Below, piece after piece: positions 9,704 to 19,699 of a stretch of DNA of 64,000 nt (its first letter is position 1; every line of letters starts with the position of its first letter). The notes beneath the pieces were generated by a model. The model searched no databases and was not told the DNA's origin. It worked only from the letters and a program-made list of their open reading frames with translations. Source of the DNA: an uncultured delta proteobacterium (lineage in GTDB: Bacteria; Desulfobacterota; RBG-13-43-22); contig CAWDKY010000027.1 of assembly GCA_963802945.1 (NCBI GenBank), positions 64,001-128,000 on the forward strand. The letters are read 5' to 3'. Both the position numbers and the translations under genes were made by a program.

Positions 9704-10611
9704 AAGAGGGTCCCTCCCACTACTCGGCATTTCAGCAAGTTCTCAAGGCCGATGAGATTCAGGTATTCCAAGTGAGACTTTACACCATAGACATATTTGT
9801 CCAGGTATTCTTTAAATCCCTCCGGCGTTCGGGACATCCGGGCATACATCCCCATATGTTCTCTGTCCTGGTCATAAAGCTTGATACAGGAGGTAGGATG
9901 GCAACCATAAGGGGCCTCGACAATAGCAGTGGTCCTGAATCTGGGCAGGACATTGAGGTGCGACAGCCCCATGACCCGGTCCCGGCTTACAATCTGCTCC
10001 ACGGTTACAATGACATTGGCACAGCATTGCCCGGCCGTCTCATCCAGGCGTTCCGGTAACTGCCTCCGTTCAAAAAACAAAACATTGCCGTATTGATCAG
10101 CCATAGGGGCATGGAGAACAACCCATTCGGGGTCGGCTGCCGGAACCAGATGATATTTTTGCCCGTTATAGGGGCTGATCATTTCCTTGATCTTGGGGTT
10201 GTATTTGGGAAGGTCAGTGCCCAGCATCTCTTGGGTAGTAAAGAAGGACTGCCCCCGGGAACTGCAGGCAAATCTCTCGAAGGCGACAGGCTCACTGTAT
10301 TCTTCCAGCTCGATCCGGCCGCTCTCCACTGCCCGGCGAAAGTTGGGGGCCAGCCCATGCTCCTCCAGGCCGACATAAGAAATCTCGACCTTTTTGACAC
10401 AGCCCGCACCTACCAGGATATCCACCTCGCAGGTGCCGACATGGCCTACCAGGGTGAGGTCCTTGACGCCTCTTCGGATAAGCTCATAGACAAAGGCCAT
10501 GGGATGGTTATGGACTGAAAAGCCCCCGACATGGAGGCGGGTGCCGTCTTTGATGAGACCGGCCGCTTCTGAAAGGGTGCAGACTTTTTCCTTTAATTCA
10601 GGCATGGTCAC
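9700..10611 (-). CDS. Family I CoA-transferase alpha subunit (GctA-like)
   Basis: IKDG..LHVGGF...PMAF..ELIR, LAPNFRRAVE, ADQYGN, APYGCHPT. Confidence 0.9.
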   Translation of the reverse strand: MTMPELKEKVCTLSEAAGLIKDGTRLHVGGFSVHNHPMAFVYELIRRGVKDLTLVGHVGTCEVDILVGAGCVKKVEISYVGLEEHGLAPNFRRAVESGRIELEEYSEPVAFERFACSSRGQSFFTTQEMLGTDLPKYNPKIKEMISPYNGQKYHLVPAADPEWVVLHAPMADQYGNVLFFERRQLPERLDETAGQCCANVIVTVEQIVSRDRVMGLSHLNVLPRFRTTAIVEAPYGCHPTSCIKLYDQDREHMGMYARMSRTPEGFKEYLDKYVYGVKSHLEYLNLIGLENLLKCRVVGGTLL

Positions 10612-10776
10612 CTCTTGGTAAGGGCTTTGTGGATAATGGCAAAAGACTCTGGAAATATCTTAGGACAACTATTCTCTTTCCGTCAAGTCAAACCTTACAC
10701 TCGGCCTAAATCGGGGGACATCAAACTTATTTATTTTTCAAGTTAAGAATTATATATTGTGTTCCTAGATTTCAAA

Positions 10777-11602
10777 TTATTTCTCTGTCAGCTTTTTCCT
10801 TGGCCGTTTTGATGTGAGGCGATGGCGGAGGAGGACATAGGTTGCCCCGGAGCCGCCGTCGTAGGACTGGGCGCTGGTGAAGGCGATTACCCATTTTCGC
10901 CAGTGACTGCGCGTCAGCCACTCGCTTACCTTGTTTTTCAAAACCGGTTCACAGGGTGAAGAGATACCGCGTCCGTGGATGATCAGAACAGCCCGTTTAC
11001 CCGACATAATGGCCTCATTGAGGAAGTTTTCGAAGGCATCCTTGGCCTGCGCCGCACCCATACCATGAAGATCGATGTGAGCTTGTATGGAAAAATCACC
11101 CCGGTGCAATCTCTCAGCAAACTCCGGCGGGATATCGCGGCCTGTTCCTTCCATGTATTCGGGCGTTTTGGAGATAATAAATCCCTCACCATATTTTACC
11201 AGGTTATCCAGGTGTTGCATGACATCCTGTTCCGGTTCATTGACGGGTTATCCAGGACGGGATGATCCGGCGGGTTGGCCACATTGTTTTTCTTTGCATG
11301 ATGTTTATCCCTTACTATCGGCTTGACGCCTTCCATGGCTTCCCGAAAGGCGCTTTCTTCGTTAACCGATTGGGCACAGGCTTCAGCAGGCTCTGTATCC
11401 GTTGTACATCTGCGTCTTTCTGTGGACACCCTGGACATCCTGTTTTTCTGTGGACACATCCTGCTTTTTTGCGGCCACATCCGGTTTTGTTGTGGCCAAC
11501 CGTTTTTTGTGGGCACTTCGGACGCACCACTACCTTATCTTTAAGAAGTTTTTCCAATGTTGCGAAGGGGTTATATTTTAGGGGGCTATCAGAATCGTTC
11601 AT
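10777..11602 (-). CDS. Smr/MutS2 C-terminal domain protein, split over three frames
   Basis: IDLHG...VLIIHGRG...GGSGATYVLL in 10777..11220; AFREAMEGVKPI in 11196..11516; NPFATLEKLL start in 11315..11602. Confidence 0.85.
11418..11517 (-). repeat. Degenerate ~21-bp tandem repeat inside the Smr gene
   Basis: Units such as TGTGGACACATCCTGCTTTTT and TGCGGCCACATCCGGTTTTGT encode M(C/W)PQ(K/Q)(N/S)R. Confidence 0.75.
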
Positions 11603-12013
11603 AGACGGTTACTGTCAGGTTTATATTGTTAACCTTTCCTGGAATATTTTATCATAAATTTGTCCAATAATATAGACCTGACCCCAAGGCCCCGACTCCC
11701 TTCTTTGTTCTTTTCGCCCTTTGGCTTTTTCTCCGAACTTCGAACGTTCTTTCGCTTTTATTTTAAACATTGAACCTTGAACTTTGAACGTTTTGCCCCT
11801 TGGGACAAAAACCCCTTGACTTCCTTCCCTTTACCTTTTATTTTCTTTGCATTATCTGTTGGTTTTCTGCTTTAAACTATTGGGGTTATTTCCCCATCTA
11901 CGCCGAATCCCGCTTTGCGGGACTGAATTACTTTCTTGGCTCCTTTCAGACGGAAAATGGCACAACTGACTTTTTACGTTTTCATCAAAACCAATTTTTA
12001 AAAGGAGATGCAT

Positions 12014-12595
12014 ATGGATTACATGGAAGAAATGGCTAAATATTACACCACACAAAAACAGAAGGATTTTACCCCTGATTTTCTTGATGAAAAGCAGATC
12101 GATAAATATGAATTCTGGGATGAGATACAAATTGGTGAGGAGAGTGAAATACCCACCAAATTTGAAGTGAAAGCCGAAGACCTGAAAGCCTTTGCCGCCT
12201 CGGTCCCTGACGATAATCCCATTTTTTATGATGAGGAATATGCCAAACAATGCGGCCATGACGGGATCGTGGCCCATCCTCTCTTTGTTACTCAGATCAG
12301 ATTTTTTCTTTTAAAGGGAGGAGGACATGGCAGTTGGAATAGGACCCCAGGGGCCAGAAACCCGGGACAAATCATTGAGTATTATGACCCCATAAGGGTG
12401 GGAGATATACTGACCCTTAAATTGACCAGCTATGATAAATGGATCAAGAGAGGGAAATACTATATGAGAGCCTTGTCCCGGATCTATGATCAATATGGAA
12501 ACCTGAAAATGATATACTATAGTACTTTAATTTTGCCCAGGACCAAGGCCGACGTCCTGAGATTTTTAAAGGGAGAGCATGCTCTGGAAGCCTGA
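12014..12595 (+). CDS. MaoC/FAS1-like hotdog dehydratase
   Basis: FAASVPDDNPIFYDEEYA...GIVAHP; PIRVGDIL. Confidence 0.85.
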   Translation: MDYMEEMAKYYTTQKQKDFTPDFLDEKQIDKYEFWDEIQIGEESEIPTKFEVKAEDLKAFAASVPDDNPIFYDEEYAKQCGHDGIVAHPLFVTQIRFFLLKGGGHGSWNRTPGARNPGQIIEYYDPIRVGDILTLKLTSYDKWIKRGKYYMRALSRIYDQYGNLKMIYYSTLILPRTKADVLRFLKGEHALEA

Positions 12596-12646
12596 GCCAT
12601 AATGGGATTTTCTGCAAAACTCAATCATTCTGGAAGGATCAAAAAA

Positions 12647-13087
12647 ATGGAAAACAAACTTACTTTTGCATCAATAAAATGCGGGGATAAATTACCTACG
12701 GTCCAACAGCATTTGAGTCAGGAAGATATTTGGCACTTTGCGGTAGGTTCCCTCGATATGAATCCGGTTCATTGTTCGCCTGAATGGTGCCAAAAATCAC
12801 AGGTGTTTGGTATTCCTGAAACCGTGCAGCATGGACAAATGACGCTTTCCCTCTTGGCCAAGGTGATTACCAACTGGGCCTATTCTTCCGGCGGAACCAT
12901 GAAGACCTTTGAGGCCAAACTGATTAAGCCCGTACCGGTCAATTCAACTTGTACCTATGGCGGTGAAGTGTCCGAACTCCACCCGGTGAAGAAAGGAAAA
13001 GATTTTGTGGCTGTTGAATTGTGGGCCCATGATCAGGATGGAGATAAAGTAGCTGTGGGTAAAGCCCAGGTGATTATACCTCAATAA
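12647..13087 (+). CDS. MaoC family dehydratase
   Basis: FAVGSLDMNPVH...TVQHG hydratase-2 motif. Confidence 0.88.
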   Translation: MENKLTFASIKCGDKLPTVQQHLSQEDIWHFAVGSLDMNPVHCSPEWCQKSQVFGIPETVQHGQMTLSLLAKVITNWAYSSGGTMKTFEAKLIKPVPVNSTCTYGGEVSELHPVKKGKDFVAVELWAHDQDGDKVAVGKAQVIIPQ

Positions 13088-13200
13088 AATACTTTTTTTA
13101 TCCCCCAAAAGAGGCTTCTAAGCTGAAGGCTTAATTGTTTTCGGGAAGAAGAAATGGGCGCCCCAAAAGCTTTTCGAAATGAAATTAAAGGAGGTAGACT

Positions 13201-13515
13201 ATGAATAAGGATGAACAGATTTACTGGATGGAAAATCTGGCCGGAATATTTATCCGCTGTTTCTTTTACTCGGTGGCCTTATTGCTGATATCGATGATTT
13301 TTTATGCGCTGGCCGAAAATTGGGGTTATTATGTGAGTTATAACTGGTATAAGTACACGATGAGCAGGCATGAATATGATTTGCTCTTTTATTATGGTTT
13401 GGCTTTTATTAAAACCTGCGCCATCGTCTTCTTTCTGATTCCTTATGTGGCCATCAAGATGGTTTTGCGCCAACGGAAAAAAATGGGAATGCAGCCCAGT
13501 GAGACGAAATCGTAG
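13201..13515 (+). CDS. Small membrane protein (DUF6868-like)
   Basis: Two hydrophobic helices; Y.GLAF.K....VFFLIPY.A; strong RBS GGAGG. Confidence 0.7.
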   Translation: MNKDEQIYWMENLAGIFIRCFFYSVALLLISMIFYALAENWGYYVSYNWYKYTMSRHEYDLLFYYGLAFIKTCAIVFFLIPYVAIKMVLRQRKKMGMQPSETKS

Positions 13516-13586
13516 CCTAGACTTGGCCTCTTTCCCTTAATTCTATCCCCTGGCTCATATCCTTGTTGATCCAATCAGTAAATAAG

Positions 13587-13615
13587 TTGACAGGCAAGAA
13601 GCCCTTGTTTATCAT
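13587..13615 (+). promoter_or_regulatory. Sigma70 promoter of the hgd/bzd-like operon
   Basis: TTGACA-N17-TATCAT. Confidence 0.6.
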
Positions 13616-13656
13616 TCCGACATGAACGGTGAATAGGCATAAGGCAAAAAGGAGGC

Positions 13657-14802
13657 TTGGAGATGACTGCGCAGGCACAGATAGAAGAGCTGTACAACCA
13701 CAGAGGTATTCGCGCCAGGGAACTGCATGATTCAGGGAAAAAAATAATCGGCTATTTTTGTTGTTTTGTCCCGGATGAAATCATAACCGCCTTCGGGATG
13801 GTTCCCTTTCGTATCCAGGGCAGCCAGAGCGATCCGATCGATCAGGCGGATGCCTTTCTCGAACCGATGGCCTGTCCCTTTGCCCGAAGCTGTTTCAACC
13901 TGGCCCTCAAAGGGGAGTACGCCTTTCTGGACGGCTTCGTCGCTCCTCACAGTTGTGATACGATTGAACGCCTGTACCATATCTGGCATCACAACAAACC
14001 CTCGCCCTTCAACCATATGATCAATGTACCGCACATGATGGGGCCGAGCTCCATTGAATTCTTTCGAAAGGAATTGGGCTATTTTGTCAAGAGCCTGGAG
14101 CAATGGTCCGGTCGAAAACTGGATCCCGGCCAGCTCAAAGAGGCTGTTGTCCTGTATAACCAACGCCGGGCCCTCTTGAGAGAGTTTTATGACTTACGAA
14201 AATCCGATCCACCTCTGGTTTCCGGAACGGAGGTTGTCAAGGTCCTCGTGGCCGGCATGGGCATCCCGGCCACGGAACACATCGAACTGGTCAAAGCATA
14301 TATCGGCGAGGTGAAGCAAAGACAGCAGCCCAAAACGCAAAAATGGCCTCGGATCTTTATCTGGGGCAGCGAAATTGATGATATTGCCTTTATCCAGCTG
14401 GTGGAGGAATCCGGCGCCTGGGTGGTCATGGACGATCTGTGTACCGGTACCCGTTTTTTCTGGGATGATGTCCAGGAAACCCCAGATCCTCTTGACGGCC
14501 TGGCCGATCGTTATCTTCAGGTCCATTGCCCACGCAGTAATGTCCCCCAAACCCAAACCCGGGAGAAAGACCTTGAAAATCGTTTTGGATATATCCGCCG
14601 CTTCATCAAGGACTGGCAGGTGGACGGCGCCATTTTCTATATCGTCCGCTACTGTGATACCTGCGAATTGGAAGGGCCGGACCTTCGCGAGTATTTGAAC
14701 GGAATGAAGATACCCGTCCTCATGATCGAGGATGATTATTCCCAATCAACCATCGGACAACTCCGCACCAGGGTGCAGGCGTTTCTGGAAATGATCGGAT
14801 AA
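13657..14802 (+). CDS. 2-hydroxyacyl-CoA dehydratase / class I benzoyl-CoA reductase subunit (HgdB/BzdN-like)
   Basis: IIGYFCCFVPDEII, CPFARSC, HSCD, DDLCTG, YCDTC, GQLRTRVQAFLEM. Confidence 0.92.
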   Translation: MEMTAQAQIEELYNHRGIRARELHDSGKKIIGYFCCFVPDEIITAFGMVPFRIQGSQSDPIDQADAFLEPMACPFARSCFNLALKGEYAFLDGFVAPHSCDTIERLYHIWHHNKPSPFNHMINVPHMMGPSSIEFFRKELGYFVKSLEQWSGRKLDPGQLKEAVVLYNQRRALLREFYDLRKSDPPLVSGTEVVKVLVAGMGIPATEHIELVKAYIGEVKQRQQPKTQKWPRIFIWGSEIDDIAFIQLVEESGAWVVMDDLCTGTRFFWDDVQETPDPLDGLADRYLQVHCPRSNVPQTQTREKDLENRFGYIRRFIKDWQVDGAIFYIVRYCDTCELEGPDLREYLNGMKIPVLMIEDDYSQSTIGQLRTRVQAFLEMIG

Positions 14803-14811
14803 GGAGGAGCC

Positions 14812-16123
14812 TTGGAAGAAAAAGAACAGGTCAAAACGACAGCGATCAAGGGAACGGACATGGCCCGCAAAGTCAGGGGTCTGGTGAAAAATATCTATCA
14901 ATCCGCCCAGGAAGCCAAGGCCAGTGGTAAAAAAGTGGCCTATTTTATGGTGGCTTCTCAATACGATGAAATTGTCCGGGCCATGGACATCGTTCCCCTG
15001 CCCACGGAGAATTATGCCGGGTTGTGTGCGGCCAAACGGGACATGGACCGCTTTCTTTTGAAGGCCGAGGCGGACGGCTATTCCCAGGTGCTCTGCAGCT
15101 ATGCCCGGATCGGCCTCGGCTTCGACAGCTTGCGGAAAGAATTGGGTAGTATCCCGGAAAACGCCCCTGACGGCGGGATGCCTGTGCCGGATATGATGCT
15201 GGGAAGCAGCGCCGTTTGTGATCCCCGTTTTAAATGGTACCAGGCGGCCGGGCGTTACCTGCAGGTGCCCACCTACAGCATTGATTGCGTGGCGCCGCCG
15301 GTTGATGACGACCTGAACGAGGTGCGTGACTATTACATCAAATATCAAAAAGAGCAGTTTGAGGGATTGATCGCTTTTCTTGAAAGGCAGACCGGCAAAA
15401 AAATGGATCGGGAACGTCTCTGGGAGACCATCCGCCTGAGTGATGAAGCCTGGCGTCTGTGGTACGAGATCGATCGGCTGCGTGTGGCTATTCCCTGCCC
15501 GATGCCGACCCAGGACCATTTCAGCATCATGGTGCCCGGCCATTACTACTCTGGCACCCAGGTGGCCGTTGACTTCTATCAGGCGCTTTACGATGAAGTG
15601 AAAACCAAGGTGGAAAATAAGATGGGAGTTATTCCCGATGAGAAATATCGCCTTCTTTACGGCGGTGGTCTTCCGCCCTGGCATACCCTTTGGATTTTTA
15701 ATTATTTTGAAAGCTTCGGAGCAGTGTTCGTGATTGAAAATGTTTATCGCGGCTACGACCCGGTGGAAGTGCCAAGCAAAGTGAAGGACCCGGTGGAATA
15801 TCTGGCCTGGCGGGCCTTTCTTCGTTTTACCCAGCGTCATGAAGCGGCCCAGGCCCACAGCGGTAATCCGGTGGTGGAACGGCTGCTGGGAATACCTCAC
15901 CGACTATCAGATCGACGGCGTGGTCTTTCATGCCTGCCGTTCCTGTCGGGCAACGACTATAGGGCAGGTCCATCTCAAGAATCTCCTGGGCCAATATACG
16001 GACATTCCGATGATGCAGTTGGTTTCCGACATGGTCGATCTTCGGGATTATTCCGAGGCCCAGTGGAAGGCCCAGATCGGCGCTTTTATTGAAGCCCTGG
16101 CAGGACGAGCGGCCGGAAATTAA
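14812..16123 (+). CDS. 2-hydroxyacyl-CoA dehydratase / benzoyl-CoA reductase subunit (HgdA/BzdO-like), frameshift near 15890
   Basis: ENYAGLCAAK, LCSYAR, CDPRFKWYQ; C-terminus IDGVVFHACRSCR...DMVDLR continues in ORF 15839..16123. Confidence 0.9.
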
Positions 16124-16280
16124 CCAAGCGGTTATGTTTCTTGCAGACACCAACAACCCTTAAAATATTGAATGTCGAATATCGAATACTGAAAGCCGAA
16201 GGAAGAGGAAAACAATCCATTCAGGATTCAAAGTTCGATGTTCAAAGTTCGACATTCTTTTTGTAAACGAAAAGGTTTTT

Positions 16281-17111
16281 ATGCCTTTTGCCGGCATTGA
16301 TATAGGCTCCACCATGACCAAAGTGATCGCGATGGACCAGCAGGAAAAGATTCTCGCCTCCATCATCGGGCCTACTGGCGCCGAACATCGCCATCTGGCC
16401 TTGAAGGTCATGGATGAGGCCCTTCAGAAGGCAGGCCTAACTTTGGAGGAGATTGATTTCATCGTTGCCACGGGCTACGGCCGCATCAACGTGCCTTTTG
16501 CGGACAAGCAGATCACCGAGATCACCTGTCATGCCCGAGGGATCAAGGCCTTATTCCCCCAAGCACGGACCATCATCGATATCGGTGGCCAGGATTCCAA
16601 GGGGATCAAGCTGGATGAAGATGGCAAGGTGGCCAATTTTGTTATGAATGACAAATGTGCTGCCGGTACCGGACGCTTCCTGGAGGTCATTGCCGAAACC
16701 TTGGGCCTTAAGCTGGACCAGTTGGGGGCAATTTCCTTGAAGGCCGAGACCTATGTCAAGATTTCCAATACCTGCACCGTATTTGCAGAGCATGAGGTGA
16801 CCTCCAGACTTTCAGAAGGGGCTTCGATACCGGAAATTGTCGCCGGTCTTCATGAGTCTATTGCCGGTCGTATCGTCAACATGGTTCGCCAATTGGGGAT
16901 CGAGAAGGAGGTGGTGGTCACCGGAGGCGGGGCAAAAAACATCGGTCTGGTGAAGGCGGTTGAAGCAAAGGTGGGATTTCCCGTCTTGGTCCCTCCGGAG
17001 CCTTTACTGACCGGAGCCCTGGGGGCCGCCCTGGTCGGGCATGATTTTGTTAAACGCGGCATGAGGCCTGATCATGAGCGGAGAAGAGATAGAGTGACTT
17101 TCTTCAAATGA
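16281..17111 (+). CDS. ASKHA ATPase activase (HgdC/BzdQ-like)
   Basis: GIDIGSTMTK, ATGYGR, EITCHARG, DIGGQDSK, NDKCAAGTG, CTVFAE. Confidence 0.95.
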   Translation: MPFAGIDIGSTMTKVIAMDQQEKILASIIGPTGAEHRHLALKVMDEALQKAGLTLEEIDFIVATGYGRINVPFADKQITEITCHARGIKALFPQARTIIDIGGQDSKGIKLDEDGKVANFVMNDKCAAGTGRFLEVIAETLGLKLDQLGAISLKAETYVKISNTCTVFAEHEVTSRLSEGASIPEIVAGLHESIAGRIVNMVRQLGIEKEVVVTGGGAKNIGLVKAVEAKVGFPVLVPPEPLLTGALGAALVGHDFVKRGMRPDHERRRDRVTFFK

Positions 17112-17890
17112 ACGAGGACAGGAAATACTATGCCGGGGTAGATATCGGGTCTGTTTCCATCAAGGCGGCGCTGGTCAGCGAACGCCGGCTGATGGCCTAT
17201 GATCTGGTGCCCTCCGGGGGAAATTATAGAGATGCAGCCCGAAAGGTTCTGGACAGCGTTCTGGCCCAGACGGGTCTGAATCCGGAAAGGCTGGGCGGGA
17301 TCGTGGTAACGGGACTGGGCAACGATAGTCTCCCTTTCCCTGCCCGCCAGATTTCCGATATTTCCTGCCAGGCCATGGGCTGCCACTGCCTCTTTCCATC
17401 CGCCCGTACCATAATCGATATCGGGGGACAGTTTACCAAGGTAGGGAAGATAACTTCCCAGGGGAGAATCGCCGATTTCCTCATGAGTGAAAAGTGTGCC
17501 GCCGGATCAGGTCGTTTTTTACAAGTGATCGCTCGTATCCTCCAAGTCAAGCTGGAAGATATCGGCCCCCTTTCCCTGCAATCCCAAAAGCCGGTGGAAT
17601 TTTCCACCAATTGCGCTGTCTTTGCTGAATCGGAAACGGTTTCACGGATTGCCGAAGGCGCCCGAGCAGAAGATATCCTGGCCGGGGTACACCGGGCCAT
17701 GGCCGCCAAGGTGGCCATGCTGGTGAAAAGGGTAAAGATGGAACCTGATGTAGTCCTAACAGGTGGCGGCGGCGAAGATGCCGGTTTGGTCAAGGCCGTC
17801 GGCGAGGCCCTCGGCACTAAGATCCTCGTACCGGAACTGCCTCGTCTTTCAGCTGCCTATGGGGCCGCCTGTCTGGCAGAAATGGGTTAG
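17108..17890 (+). CDS. Second ASKHA activase (BzdP-like)
   Basis: GVDIGS, DIGGQ, EKCAAGSG, CAVFAESE; ATGA overlap with the first activase. Confidence 0.92.
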   Translation: MNEDRKYYAGVDIGSVSIKAALVSERRLMAYDLVPSGGNYRDAARKVLDSVLAQTGLNPERLGGIVVTGLGNDSLPFPARQISDISCQAMGCHCLFPSARTIIDIGGQFTKVGKITSQGRIADFLMSEKCAAGSGRFLQVIARILQVKLEDIGPLSLQSQKPVEFSTNCAVFAESETVSRIAEGARAEDILAGVHRAMAAKVAMLVKRVKMEPDVVLTGGGGEDAGLVKAVGEALGTKILVPELPRLSAAYGAACLAEMG

Positions 17891-18125
17891 GGGACGACAA
17901 TAATTAATTAAATAATTTCAGAAAAAATATGGCTTGATCCTTCCGAGGAATTTGAGAACTCGGGAAATAGGAAAAGCTGGCCCTCTTATTTTATAACTTA
18001 ACATCATCAATTCTCTAAAGTAAGTATTTTTATCTACCTTCACTTTGATTTATGCTAAGGTGCTAGCAAATCGATGACGGAGCAGGAAATCCGTCACTGA
18101 TCATGCGCAAAGGAGAGAATAATCC

Positions 18126-19124
18126 ATGAAGAAATTGAGGTATGGGCCGGAACATCCCGACATCACCTATATACCCCACAAGTATGACGAACACTTATTT
18201 GACACCGGCGATGCCGTACTTAATTATACCACCACCGGTTCACCCAACAAACCGGCCATTGTACTTATACCCGGGCAAACGGAATCCTGGTGGGGATATG
18301 AGAAGGCCATGGGGATACTGTCGGAGAACTTCCAAGTATTTGGGGTCGATCTGCGTGGGCAGGGTCGATCAAGTCGCACACCGGGACGCTATACATTCGA
18401 CAATTTCGGGAATGATCTCGTCAAGCTCATTACCTTTGTCGTCGCTCGACCGGTGGTGGTCAGCGGGTTGTCATCGGGAGGGGTCATTGCGGCCTGGCTG
18501 TCGGCCTATGCGCCCCCCGGCATGATCCGAGGTGCACATTATGAAGACCCTCCGCTGTTCGCCTGCGAATACACTCCGGCCTTCGGACCTTCGCTTCGGC
18601 AGGGTGTCGGCGCAACCTTTGAATTGTATAGTACCTACCTTGGGGATCAGTGGTGCATCGGCGACTGGGAGGGGATGCTAAAAGCCGCCCCTGATCTATT
18701 GCCGGCCCATCTCCTCCCGCTTTTCGAAGCCAGAATGTATCTAGCAACTGAACCACCTCAGAACCTCAAAGAGTATGATCCCGAATGGGCTAAAGCCTTT
18801 GTGACCGGCAGCGTGGGGGCGTCATGTGACCATGCTCAGATGCTTTCGCGAGTTAAATGCCCGGTGCTCTTCACCCATCACTTTTCGCAAGTAGATGAGA
18901 AGACCGGTAATCTGTTGGGGGCATCAACGGGCCGGCAGGTTGACCAAGTCGAGAGGTTGGTGAAGAAAGCAGGCCAACCTTTCACTCGTCTCTCTTTTCC
19001 TAATAAGGGGCACCAAATGCATGGTGAGGACCCCGAGCTATTCGTCCGCACCCTTGTCGATTGGGTCAAAACCCTGCCGAGTGAGGCCAGGACTCGGGAA
19101 AACGGTGTCTTCGCCAAAAAGTAA
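18126..19124 (+). CDS. Alpha/beta hydrolase, ZenA (zearalenone lactonase)-like
   Basis: IPGQTESWWGYE, DLRGQGRS, GLSSGG, LGDQW.IGDW, PQNLKEYDPEW, GHQMH. Confidence 0.85.
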   Translation: MKKLRYGPEHPDITYIPHKYDEHLFDTGDAVLNYTTTGSPNKPAIVLIPGQTESWWGYEKAMGILSENFQVFGVDLRGQGRSSRTPGRYTFDNFGNDLVKLITFVVARPVVVSGLSSGGVIAAWLSAYAPPGMIRGAHYEDPPLFACEYTPAFGPSLRQGVGATFELYSTYLGDQWCIGDWEGMLKAAPDLLPAHLLPLFEARMYLATEPPQNLKEYDPEWAKAFVTGSVGASCDHAQMLSRVKCPVLFTHHFSQVDEKTGNLLGASTGRQVDQVERLVKKAGQPFTRLSFPNKGHQMHGEDPELFVRTLVDWVKTLPSEARTRENGVFAKK

Positions 19125-19128
19125 CAGA

Positions 19129-19479
19129 TTACCATTTTCTTTGTCGATAGGCAGCGTAATTCCAAAGGACGGCATAAGTAGCACAGGCCTGGGCTGGCGA
19201 AAGGAAGGGCGCCGTTCCAGTTTTTCCCGCTATCCGGCTCATGGCATCCAAGATATTGCCCAGGTCGACCGGCATGATCGGGGTCATGACAATCGGTTTG
19301 GGATAACGGTCTCTGATCCGTATGACCTCATCGAAGGAGAGGGTGATATGATTCATGGCACTCTGGGCAAATTTTTCAGTCATCTCCTCTTTGTTTTGGC
19401 TGCCCTCCAAGAAACGCCATAAAGAAGGCATTCCGGCTACAACACTTACGGCGATAAGGCCATCGATGCTGGACCTCAA
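19129..19479 (-). pseudogene. Probable 3' fragment of an ADP-forming acyl-CoA ligase-like gene
   Basis: IDGLI.V...YPKPIV...P.QA...Y.VL..YA.Y resembles the ligase alpha-subunit C-terminus; no clear RBS or N-terminus. Confidence 0.4.
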
Positions 19480-19699
19480 TCAGCTCTTTAAATTCGCCTC
19501 TTACGCCGGCTATGGTGTCCACAGGGTTCCGGGGCGAACAGGTGTTTCAATCTCTCTTTGACTTGGCCGGACATGAACACTCCTTTTAGGTTTATTCGTT
19601 ACTGATCCAAAGAAAAGTTGGGCAACAGGAACTTTCATATTAATAATTGAAAGGCCGGGCAGTAACAACTCATTATTTTCGCTAATGCTCTTTCCTATC

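Noticed and set aside
11418-11517. CRISPR array
   Set aside because: Tandem degenerate units with no unique spacers, lying inside a coding region; no cas genes.
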